A DNA stretch of 64,000 nt, from the NCBI GenBank assembly GCA_001179505.1, contig CDMY01000759.1, positions 203,488-267,487 of the forward strand. Reading direction: 5' to 3'. The stretch comes from Vitrella brassicaformis CCMP3155. Taxonomy: Eukaryota > Protista > Chromerida. This document shows positions 50,386 through 62,212 of this stretch, piece after piece (position 1 is the first letter of the stretch; every line of letters begins with the position of its first letter). Position numbers and translations under genes: made by a program. A model generated the notes under the pieces. It was not told where the DNA came from and ran no database searches. It saw only the letters and a program-made list of their open reading frames with translations.

Positions 50386-51860
50386 GGTGACCTACGGGAT
50401 GCCGTTGGAGGGCCGCTTCAACACCGGCACCAAGAAGGAGCAGTACGTGAACACCGCCTGCGTCAAGTGCGGCTGCCTCGCCATCTATGAGCTGCGTAAG
50501 TGTGCCTCGAGGGAAGGCAATGAATGCACACACGCCTCGCACACGTGTGTGTGTATGGTGACCTGCCTGTGTGTGTATATGTGTGTGTCTTCTGTTCTGT
50601 GTGTGTGCAGCCCGCCACAAGGTGCGGCTGTGCTCAGAGTGCGCGGACGTAAGGACACGCAGAGCGTTGAGGGCCACAAGGACACATGCAACATGCAACA
50701 TGCATTGCAGCGCCGCAGGCGTCTCAAGCGCCGCGTGGCTCGCCCGCAGCCGCACGACGGGTGAGTGAATCCATCTATCCATCCATCCATGCATGCGGCA
50801 ATGGATCCATTCATGCGTTCCTTCATGCACACATCGGCTGTGTGATGTTTGTGTCTGTTTTCTTGGTGTAGGGTGCCCGACGTTGAGATGGCTGACGCAC
50901 CGCAGCAGCAGCCACCCTACTGGGAGCGACCCTTGGCCTATCGCCAGGTACAAGGGCTCTGGGCCGGCAGACTCTGGGCGCGCCGATGAGTGTGTGAAGC
51001 GACTCGGGACTATCTTCTTGCTCTGGGTGCCATGCTGGCGGACGTTGACGTGTTTGATTCCAAATGCGTCTGGCCCCCTTGCTATTTGGGTGAAGCGTGC
51101 AACAACGCGGCAGACTCCCAAGGCGTCAAGACGACCTTGCTCAAACAACTACTAGAGGACAAGGCTTCTGGAAAACAATGGGAGGGTGTCAGCGCTGCGG
51201 CGGTCCTCCTCCGACTGGATGCTGCGTTTGAATGGGTACACCACGCCCTGCGGTGTCTCTCAATATGCGTGTGTGTCTCGTATGTATGCACGTGTGCCCC
51301 GTATGTATGTGTGTATGTAGCCATCCCGCTCCCCCCCTCCCCCTCCCCCGCAGCTGCCGCCCGAGGTGCTCACCTGCATCATGCAGTTCATGCCTAGTGG
51401 GGCTGACATAGGGCGGATTGAGAGAGTCTGCAGCGCCTGGTGCGAAGTCTCCCACGCCGGCAAGGACATGGTGTGGAAGCGCCACGTGCAGGACCAAAAG
51501 GCCAAACTCGTGGCAGCCAGGTGAGTGAGGTCCGCAGATGTCTTGCATGCATGAGTCCGCGGACCTCTGTATGTTGTCCTGTCTGTATGTTGTCCGTCAA
51601 CGAGGGGGAAAGTGAGAGCTTCTTCTTCCCGCCGGCCTCGACGACTGCATAATCGGCCAGAAGGCCGCCAAGGAGGCCGTGGCGATCTGCCTCCGTAAGG
51701 CACGTACACGATGCGATCGATGTGTGTGTCTCTCCATCGCATGTATCTATTGGTGTTTGCAGAGGGCCTTCGCCAGCATGTACCTGACGATGGCCTCCGC
51801 AAGACCACAAAGCCAAGCCACGTCCTGCTGACAGGGCCAACAGGGAGCGGCAAGACAGAG
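50386..51860 (+). pseudogene. Decayed multi-exon gene: C4 zinc-finger-like motif, F-box, and N-terminal part of an HslU/ClpX-type AAA+ ATPase
   Basis: CVKC..(11)..CSEC over two exons; F-box LPPEVLTCIMQFMPSGADIGRIERVCSAW (exon 51354-51520); LDDCIIGQKAAKEAVAICL|Q...KPSHVLLTGPTGSGKTE (51636-51694, 51763-51860). In-frame TGA at 50987; acceptor before 51636 reads GG rather than AG. Confidence 0.65.
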
Positions 51861-52822
51861 GTGAGAAGTGCCGTCGAGCCATCAGACAGCAACTTGCCGT
51901 CGGGTCCTGTGTGCAGCTGAGTATCGCATTCGGGGGGTGTGCCGCTCAGTCTTCCTCGATGTCTGCCTACATTATATATATACTCTGGTTGTCCTATGTG
52001 TTGCTGACGACGCTCTATGCACATGTCTCGCCCGTGTGGCCTACGCCCCAAGCTCAGTGGACCAGATCATCGCCATCGGCTTTACTTTCGGTTTCATCTT
52101 TTGCACAACGAGAGCGGTGCAAAAACTGGCGGCGCCTGATCGGGTGGGTGGGGGCTATCACTGCCTACATTTTATATGTGGTGATTGGTGTTGTAGATTC
52201 ATCCCTTGCCAGGGAGGGACGGGCTGATGTGGATGGATGTTGGTCGTTTACATTACACAGAGAGACTTACGGGAGGGACACATTGAAAGCCAAGTCGTTT
52301 CACCCTTCCTGGCCATCCCATACATCCAGTGAGTGGATCGGATCGAGGGGTCAGTGTGTGAGGGCCTGTTGGCGCACAGCCAAGGAGGATCACCGCGGAA
52401 CAGAGCACACAGGCACATAGTAAGGCACATGCCATTCATGTCAGCGAACGAACTCACAAAGGGGGAGAGACAGAGAGAGACAGGCAGTCGTCGTGTGGTG
52501 TGTGAGTGTGTATATGGCTGGCTGGCTTGCTGTGTCGTATAGTACCACATCGATCGCATCACATCACGGGGCACACGACAGCACGACACGACACCCACCG
52601 CATGCATCATGATGGCATGCACCTCTGCACGCTTGCATCAACCAAAGCGACGGACGGACGATAGATACTCCCTACCTATACTTAGACACACATCCATACA
52701 AACAAGACTCACTAAGGAACGGCCAAAAGAGGCTGGCTGGCTCCACCGTCATCACATCGATGCTGGCTGGCTCCGCTAATTCGACACTAAGGCAGGCAGG
52801 CAGGCAGGCAGGCCGCCATCCC

Positions 52823-55800
52823 TCACCCAGCCACCACTGCCCCTGACGATGTCTCGTCAGCTGCACCATCGTCAGCTGCACCATCGAGCTCGATTTCCCA
52901 CAGGTTGACGCGGCCCTCCTCGCCCACCACAGCGTGGCCACCACCACCACCCAGCGACGTGTCTGTCTTCTCGCGAGTGAGGGTGGTGGTGGTCGGCTGG
53001 CCATCGGCAACAGCGGCAGCAGCCTGGTCGGTGGCTTGTGTCTGGAGGGGCGGTTGTGGGGCGGGAGGGTGTTTCTTCTTGCGGCCTCTGCCGCCGCCGT
53101 GTGTCGTGGGGACTTTGTCGTTGGCTGATGGGTCCCACTCGACGACCACCGACTCCCACAGATCGCCGGACAAGTCGACCTGACACGACGGACCCATGAG
53201 AACACACACATCGGATCGGTGGATTGGATGGATGGGGGGGTGCCTACCTTTCTGACGGTGCCCCCATACACGATGGGCTGTCCGTGCAGGTTTTTCCAGG
53301 CCATGCGGAAGCGACGCTGAATACACACAGATACACACACACACACCCCAAGGATGATTAACGTGACGTGACGCCTCACACATTTCTCTCCTGCAGTCCA
53401 CTCACCCCTGGCATGCAGCCTTTCGACAGAGCCTTCAGCACCCTGACGCACACACACACACACACACACACCCCTTCATACGGCCCTGCACAAATGCATG
53501 TGGGTGTTTGTGTCCGTCCTGCTACCTTTTTCTGGGTACAATAAAGTCGGGCATGTGGCTGTGCAGCGGCACGCACACCATGGCGTACCGGCTCTCACTC
53601 ATCTGCGGCCCCTCGCACACAGGACCCGACACACCACGAACCGAGCTGCCCGGCCCACCCACACCACCACATGCACCATACGGCCCTCGGCGTTTCCTCT
53701 TGCCCCTCTCCACACCCACACCCTTTTCGTTGTCCTCTTCCACCATGGCAGACTCTTGCTTGACGGCGGGAGGGGCCATCATCATCTCAGTGTCGGTCTC
53801 TTCTTTCTTGACATCTACCTTGACACACGGGTGTGGGTGGTGCCGCGCCGCGCCGCTGACCGCCATTTGCAGCTGCACCGATTCGGGGGAAGGGTCGGGA
53901 GCCTCGCTCGTGACCTCAGATTTGACGGGTGGCGGTGGTTGGTCGATCAGCATCATGGTGTCTTGCGGCTGCTGTGAAGGCGAGCTTGTATCGGCCATGG
54001 CCGTGGCGTGGTTGACCACCTCTCTCTCGCTGGCGTCCTCCATGACGGCATCTCCATCCTCAATGTCGTCACCAGCGGAGGCGAGCACCAGCTGCCCCCG
54101 TGTCGACCGTCTTGACGGCGGCAACCTCTCCCTCTCCCTCTCTGTGTGGTGTGTGGGCGACTCGCTGTGGTCCATTATTGCCATCCGGTGGTGCAGCATC
54201 CTGTCCGTCATGGTCGACCGCCGCTTGCTCCGACGCCGGCCGTCAGCGTCGACCATCAACGAGTCGCTCGACGCGTTGGCGAGACTGCTCAGCCCGCTCT
54301 CCAGCCTGTCGGGGAGACCTCGCGGCTTGTATGCGCGCCGTCGGCCTTCCTGAGGCGGGGGCGGTGGGATGACGTTGTCGGGAGAGGGGGAGGGGCAGGA
54401 GGATGGCACGGATGGCTGTGGCTGGGGCTGTGATGGAGAGGGGGAGGGGGATTGGGCGGGGGTCTCCTCTGTGTGAGGGGGCAGCGTGAGCGGCTGAGAT
54501 AGCGACGACAGAGACGAAGCGACCGCATCGGCCTGGCTGGGGTGGCTCCTGACGCATTGCATTCATTCATACACGCACACATACAGCGTGAGACGGCGAG
54601 TCTCACAGCAGACAGACAGACACCTGTGCTCGGTCGACAAACTCACTCACCGTGGGTTGAATCTGAGCCATATCCTGACATAAGGAATCGGCTGGGAGGC
54701 CGGCTTGCCCGCATCCTCACTCTCGAGCGGCTGCAGCGACGCCAGCCGAGCCCTCAACGACATCAGACCCTCGAACGGCGTCCTGCTGTGCCCATACTGC
54801 GCACCAAACAGCGCCGCCAACCGCTCGGTCTCACTGTCCTCCTCCCCCCTCGCCCGCGGCACCAAGCCGGTCACCCCGGGATGGTAAAACACCTTGACGA
54901 CCTCCGCCTCTTCGATGTGGCCGGAGTGGTGAGGCACTGAGTGCTCGATGGGGTATGGCGGGGCGTGGTGGGCGTGCGAGCGTCTGTGGTAGTGCTTGTG
55001 GGTGAAGTGGGTGATCTGCATGGCGTGGCCGCTCCTGAAGTAGAAGACGCGGGTGTCCTCTGTGGGGATTTCGACGAAGGGGGCGGCGGCCAAGGAGAGG
55101 GTGGGGAGGGGGAAGAGCAGCGCCGTCTCGCGGCAGTGCTGATAGCCCGTCCTATCGGTCACGTTGATCAGGTTCCTCAGCTTCACATCGTCGAGCGCCA
55201 GTGTGTGCCACGCAGATGCAATCACCCCGACATGGTCAAGCGCCTCCCATCCCTCCGAAGCCTCCCCCACACCCTCCTCCACACGGCGTGAAGGCGCGTC
55301 AGCGAGTATCAGTCGGCTGGTGTCGTTGAGGAGCTGCAGCCACGCCTGTGGTCGGAATGGCGGCCATGGGGATGTGGGTGTGGATGCGGCGGTGCGGTGT
55401 GTGCTGCGCAGGGACGAGAGGTAGGGGTGGGTGTCGAAGAGGTTGTTGAGGTAGACCAGACAGGTGCGAGTGGGCGCCTGACAGACAGACAGACAGACAG
55501 GCACAGAGAGACTGACTGATGGATGCAGGCATCTCTCTGTGTGTCTGTGTGTGTGTGTGTGTGTGAATGCACTCATACCATGACTTGTTGTGGTGTGATG
55601 CCTTGCTGCTCGTAGACGGGCCATCTGGCGACCCACTCACACATGTCGCGAATCGGCTGCAGCCACTCGTCCTACACGCAGACACACGAAAGGAGCGCCA
55701 CTCTCATGACATTTTTCGCCGTTCCCCATCGTCCCGACCCCACCAAGAACTGCCTGACGGCTTCATCCATCGTCTTCTTCTCCTCCCGTTGGTTGTCCAG

Positions 55801-58800
55801 TGCGTCGGCTGCCTCCCTCCACAGGTCATAGCACATCGGCACCAGCACCAGCTTCTCCACCTCGAGCAGATGGTGCACCACCGCCATTACACGCAACACC
55901 CACCACGGACGAGCCGCCTCAACATGATCGCGGTGACGATGGTGACCCACCCTCCGTGTGGCCAGTGGTGCGATGGGCTCGGGGGTGTGTGTGCTGTCCG
56001 CCACACCGTTGGCCTTTTCCTTGCCGTTGTTGTCTTCTGGGGGCCTGGGTGTGGGGACGTCGGCAGTGGCTGACGAGTGGGTGTGGGAGGGGGGGTGCGA
56101 GGGGGGGCGCTTCCGCCGCTGAAGCGTGGCCTCTTGGACGGTCGTCAGGGCCTTCTTAAGAGCAGACTCTCTGCACGCAAAAAGGAAAGTAAGACAATAA
56201 GACAACAAGACAACACGCACGCACACGCGGACACGACACGGCCGCTGTGTATCTGTGGACAAACGTCGCTTCTCCCCCCTGCTCACCGTTTTGTGACGCT
56301 CGATAGCGATGCAATGAGCTGCTGCAGCCGCCCCATGCCCCCATCCTCATCGAGATCGATGTACCCCCAGCACCCGCCATACGCCTCGCTCGCACTCGCG
56401 CTCTCGCCGCCCTCGTGCGCCCCCAGCGGCCCCCTCACAAACCGCTCTCTCTCGCCGTCACGCACGGCCGATGAGATGCCTCTCCGAGAGTCGAAAATGC
56501 GGCCTCTCTGACCGAGACGGCCGACGGGCTCTTTTGACGAGGGTGAGGGGGATCTGCTTGTGGGTTGCTGCTCGGTGGTGGTGGTGGTGGCGGTGGTGTC
56601 GTCTTCGGTGCTGTTGGGCATGAGCTTCTTGCGGAGGATTCTGATGAGGGCGTCGGTGTCTTGCATATCGTCGCGGCGCCACTCTGTGCCTGAAGGTCGG
56701 TCCAGCTCCACCCAGACCCGGCTGCAGCCCATCTCAGCACCGAAGTAGAAGTACCTGCAAGTGAGAGCATCCAGCCATCGATGCAGGCGTCTTCTGTGTG
56801 TCTGTTGCTGCTCACCGATTGAGGTATCTGTCCTGGCCGATCGGCTCGGCCCGCACAGCGAGGTCAGGGGCGTGGCTCAGCACCCGCAGCACCGGGTGGT
56901 CTTCCGTCGGAGCCTCCTCGATGTTGTCCTTCTCCTTGTCCTTGTCGGCCTCTCCCTTCTTGGCCTTTCCCTTGCTGAGATCAAGGAAGGGTATCCAGCC
57001 ATGGCGACTGCCCACGCCGTTCCACGCCTCCTCGGCCATCGACCCACCAGCTATCTGACCAATGACGCGCTCCCCCTCCTCCCCCAAAGCTGCGAGCAGA
57101 TCCGCCCGCTTCATGTGGCCGCTGGGCGCTTTGGGCGGCGGGATGATGTCATCCTCGTCTCTGGTGTCCTGATGGGGCGGGGGAGGGGGCGTGAGGAGGC
57201 TCTCTGGCGGGGGAGGGATGGTCAGTGTGGCTTGGTCGCTGAGGACGCCGTTCGGCTGCGCCTCGCTCGTCTTCGGTGACGTGTCGGTCTCCATGGCAAC
57301 GGGCGACTCGTCCAGCAAGGAGGATCTGCTCCGCCCACGACCTGCCTTCGGCTTGGCCTTGGCCCGCCCTCTCTTGGTTGTGCCGGCCGGCTTGCCTCGT
57401 TTGGCGCTCTGGCTGCCTCTGTTGACTGATGGGGATGCCTGTGGTGTGGAGGTGGCGCGCTGCAGCTGAGGACTGGGGGTGGGCGGCTGAGAGGGGGCGT
57501 CCGACGCGGCGGGCTGGTTGGTGTCACCACCCTTGTCAGCCCCACCACCACCGGCAGCTGCAGCTGTGGTGTCTTTGTCTTTGTCCTTTTTGTCCCGGTC
57601 CCTTTGCTGCTTGGGGAAGATGAGCTTCTGGATGTCCAGTTGGAGGTCGGTGCGAAGGCGGAGGTAGTCCTTGTAGAGAGGGAGGGAGGGGGAGCCGCAG
57701 GCCACCTCGTCCAGCAGCCACTGGAAGGTCAGAAGACGGTCCACCACACTCAGAGAGGAATAGCCACCACAGCTGGCGACCAGAGAGAGAGAGAGAGAGA
57801 GAGAGACATCCATGCGTGTATGTGTGCGTGTGTGGGGCTGTGTGCGTGTGGGTGTGGGTGGCGTACTTGAGCTTGACGAGAATGTTGTGGTATCTCTGTG
57901 GCGGGTCGAGCCCTTTGCTGATGGCCTTATCCTCGTCAAACTCGAAGTGGTACTCACGATCGCCCTCCTCCTTCAGCCCCCCGACAGCCCTCGTCTCTCT
58001 CACTGCCGCCGTGGCCGTCTCATCCCCCTCCCTCTCTCTCTCCCTCTCCCTCTCCCTCTCGCCCTCCTGCTGCTCGTCAATGCTGTTAGTCTCTTCCTCC
58101 ATCATCACATCGCCATCTGGGTCGTCAGAGCGCTCTCTCTTGCCTCTGTCCGCTCCACCCCCACCGCCCCCCACTGCCCTTGGCGTGTACATGGCGTCGA
58201 AGAGCACCCCCTGCAGCACCGCTGGCCACGTCAGCTCGCTCAGCCAGTGCTGCCACCCGTCCGCACGAGCGAAGAACCAGTGACTCAGGAGCCGCTTGGT
58301 GAAGGTGTGCAGGGGTCCCGTGTTGATGGTGCTGTCGGCCCCCTTCTCCTGCTGCCGCTGCAGGAGCTCGCGAGAGAGCATCCACGACCGGATCGGCGCT
58401 TGGGAGATGCGCAGGAACGGCGGGATGGCACCGCTGGCAAGGCTTGTTGTTTTCCTCTTCTCTCTCCTCTCCTTGTCTGCGGCGGCCTTGTTGACCTTCC
58501 CTCCGCCCTCCTTGCTCCTCCCCTCAGCGGCAGCAGCATCTTCCTGCGGGGAGATGCTCCACAGGTAGAGGTTGAGCAGCCGACAAGCCAGCTGATCCAA
58601 TAAAGGCGGCCGCAGGTGCGCGACCAGCATCACGTCAATGGGCGTGTCCTTGGTGACGCCGGGCGTCGACACACCAGCAGCAGGAGCATGAGGGGGGAGG
58701 GGTGTGTCGACAAGGGCTGTCTGGAAGTCTTGCAGAGAGAGGGGTGGGTGTGAGGGGGGCGAGAGGATGAGTGCCTGTGGTGGTGGTGGTGAGGTGGCGG

Positions 58801-61511
58801 AGGTCGGCTCTCTGGAGGGGTCGGGGATGAAGGCATTCAGTTGGAAGTCTAACATGCCCCGGAAGGTCCGGCAAAACTCCCTGTGAGTGACATCAAATCA
58901 AAGGCAAAACCGAGACAGCCAGTGTCAGTGGGTGCATCTGTCTGTTGGGGTGTGCTGACTGGAAGACTGACCAGATCCCGATGAGTGGCGTGTGGGGGTA
59001 GATCTTCACAGGCAGCTTTAGCGCCATAGGAAACGACTGTCGGTCGTTGAGCGATATCTCGAGCTCGTCCCCCTCCTCCTTGCCAGGCATCCGGCGAACC
59101 CTCCGAGCGCTGCCGCTGGTGCTGGTGGTTGCTGCCGCCTTCCCACTGGTTGTGGCGGTTGCTCTCTTGCGCCCCTTGGTCACCCACTTCTCGCTCCGCG
59201 TGTGGAGCGTCTGCGCAAAAGCCGTGCCCGCCAACGTAGCCGCCATGGTGGCTCCCGCATCCGCGGGAGGAGCATCGTTCCCATCTGGGCCTGCCGGCTT
59301 TCCGCTCTCCTGTGTGGGTATGGGCGCCTCGATGTCTTTCAGCTGGCTGTGCAGGAAGTCGCTCATCTCGTAGATGTCCTCTTCACTCTGCAGGCCGGAC
59401 ACATAGAGCGGCTCCCCCCACCCAGTCATATTGGGGTCGGCCTGGCCGCCGGAAGAAGACGACTGAGAGGGCTGCTGGTGGTGGATCGGTGCGGGGGTGG
59501 TGAGCTTGCCGACGAGGTGGCGGTAGGTGACGTTGGGCCTGTGCAGGAGGGCTTTGACGATGCGCGTGACGACGGCGAACTTGAGCTTGGCTGACTGGAA
59601 GGTGGGGCCGTAGTCGGGGTGGACGAGGCCGCTGTCGATGCGGTACCATGTGTCGCTGTCGGACACCAGCCACAGAGACGGCTCGTCCTTCCAAGACAGG
59701 CCGTAGTCGATGCACCTGAGTGTACCACACACGCACGTGGAGAGAGGGAGAGAGGGCATGTGTGTGGCGGTATTCTCTGCTTGTACATTCATTGTGTGAA
59801 GTTACCAGTCCGCGATGCGCGCCTTGACAGGTATCCACGGCATCAGTGGTGGCGAGGTCGGCGGCTGGCCCGCACCGGCACCGCCACCACCATCACCATC
59901 CTTGCCCTTGTTGTGGTCATCTCCGCCGCCCTCTGCCTGCTCTCTCTGCCCCGGCTTGTCTTTGTCTTTCTCTCCGCCAATCTCACCCTCGACACCTATG
60001 TCCCTGGTTGCTGTTGCTGCTACACCACCCTCTTGCTGCTGCTGCTGCTGCTGCTGGTTGTCAGGTTTGGTGTAGTTGAAGGGCACCAGATGGGCGTACA
60101 ACCACAGCTTGCCCTTCTGCTCTGCGTCATCCTACATTAACACATCAACACACACAGAGGAGATGAAACGCGCCAAGTGTGTTGGCCCCACTCACCCTAC
60201 CTACCAGGGACTCGATCGGGGCGAACTGGCCCGCCTCGTCCCGCACACAGAAGTTGCTGACAAGCCTGGTCAGGTTGCCGTCAGGCGTCCTCATGCTGTA
60301 TTGCCACGCCAAGCCATCACCCACCTCGCCCTCGGCACGGTATACCACGCCCTTGCCGTCCGAGAGGGGCAGGAAAGGTGGCAGGAGGCCCTTGCGCCGC
60401 TTCCACACAGGCGAGTCGGAGGACACGCGCACACCATTGCTCTGATTCTGATCCTGGTCGTTGTCTCGCTTGCTCTTGCTGCCGCCGACTCCGCCTTTTC
60501 CTCTCGTGGCCTTTCTCTTGCCCCCGGCAGCCACCGAATACGACTCATCAGACGCGCTGCCGCTGCCAGCCCCTCCACCACCAGCACCATCCTGGCTCGA
60601 ATGACCACCACCTCCATCGCTTTGCCCGTCGCCACCCTGCCTCTGCCGCTTTCCCTCGCCCATTGGTTCATCCTCGGCCGCCCTGTCCTTGATGAGACGC
60701 GCGGGCGGGTGCGATGTCCGGAACGACCGACCGTTGGGGTCCCTGCCCCTCGGACGCTGCAGCTGGCCGCTCAAATGCAGTGGCGACGACTCACGTGAGC
60801 TCGTGTCGCCGACATCTGCCTCCTGCTGCCGCCGTGGCGGGGGCCGCTTGGGTTGCGGCCGGTCCATCGCGGGTCTGGATGGGGGTCGGTGAGTGGCCGA
60901 CCCGCGACCTCTCCCCGCCGCCCGTGGCTTGCTCGATGCCTTTGTTGATGCCTTGCTCGACGCCTTGTTGCTTGGCGGCTTCCGCGGGGGCGGCGGGGGG
61001 GAACGGAGCATCGTGGGCAGACGAATGGCGCGGAACGATGGCCTGACACATCACATCACACCAATGCATTTTTGTACACACGTCGTTTCGCCCCCCAATC
61101 ACAAAAACAATCTCCCTCTGACTGACTGACTGACTGACTGACCGACCTTCCAAAAGTGACGAACGTCGCGGGCAGCGGCCGCATCGATGCCGTCGTGGCA
61201 GTGGGCGGCCGCATCGCTGGCGCTGTCGCTGTCGCCGGTGGCCGCAATGTCGGTGCTGCTCCTACTGCTGCTGTCGTCGATGCCATCATGGGGAAGGGGT
61301 GGAATGGCGATGGGTACATGAATGGCTGGGCGAACATCTGCGGTGGGACGAGGGGAGGACGCATGGGCGGCCGGCCAGAGCCAGAACCAGGACCAGAACC
61401 AGCCAGAGAGGGAGAAGGGGATGGTGCGGGGGGCCGGGGAGGAGCACCACCAGATGCATCACCGCTCGCAGCAGGAGGGCGGTTGAAGGAAGAGGGGCTC
61501 GGGTGATGCAT
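52823..61511 (-). CDS. Large chromatin protein: RFTS (DNMT1 replication-foci) domain, DDT, WHIM1, WHIM2/3 (WSD), and BRWD/PHIP-type C-terminal domain; extra 5' exons possible
   Basis: RFTS: TRLVSNFCVRDEAGQFAPIESL...IADW|CIDYG...LVSDSDTWYRI...DYGPTF. DDT: LIGIW|EFCRTFRGML..SLQDFQTAL, then ELTWPAVL. WHIM1: YSSLSVVDRLLTFQWLLDEV. WSD: PIGQDRYLNR|YFYF..RVWVE and WGY..LQQLIASL..R|ESALKKAL. C-terminus PDFIV..W..G.RFRM..WESVVVEWD..RVNLWEIE; TGA 52823. Confidence 0.8.
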
Positions 61512-62212
61512 ACTCAGTCAGCGATGCGGACGGGGAGCCAACACACACACCTGAACCGAACCAGTCAGGGGAACAGACAGACACATAACATTCACACAGA
61601 CAGTCATGCACTCCATCTGCAATTGAGTGGGTGCACTGCAAACACCCTTATTGCATTGCAACCTGCCTCTCCGCTCACCGTCGGGCGGCCGCACAGCAAG
61701 ATCAGCACCTTCGCAGCAGCACAAGACGTCTGGTCCTCCACGCCCCCCACTGCAGTGTACTGTCCCGAATCGGTCCCGTTTGCCGTCCTCAAGTGATGAT
61801 GGCACCCCTCCCGACGAGCACAGCGCCGCGAGAGAGACACTACGGTGTATGCGCCTCGCCTCGCCGTCCGGCCGTCGATTCGCGGCGGCAGGCAGATCAG
61901 CTGCACTCGAGGATGGGCGTCAGTAGCTGGTGAGCTCAAACTGGCAGGGAGTCGGGGAAGGGGAGAAGGGCGAAGCAGATGAGACGCGCTGGACGGCCGA
62001 TGGGCGACAGATTGGCTCGCATGACGATGGAACTCTTGAGCTGATATGCAATGCTGGACACACTCGTGGGATGAGGCTGACGAACGACACCGCAACAGCA
62101 GCGGGACTTCCCTGCCCACCGATTTGCGAGCTTAGCTGCGAGTGCGAGCTTGGGATGGATCGCGCAAGAAACAAACGAAAAAGACTAGGGAGGCAAGCGC
62201 GATGCTCTGGTG

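Noticed and set aside
50987-50989. In-frame TGA as possible selenocysteine or readthrough
   Set aside because: No redox-motif context or SECIS seen, and the same gene has a broken acceptor and a truncated ATPase; pseudogene decay is simpler.
61660-61805. GGPDVLCCCEG as a PHD-finger fragment of the chromatin protein
   Set aside because: The remaining Cys/His ligands are absent and no convincing splice to 61511 could be built.
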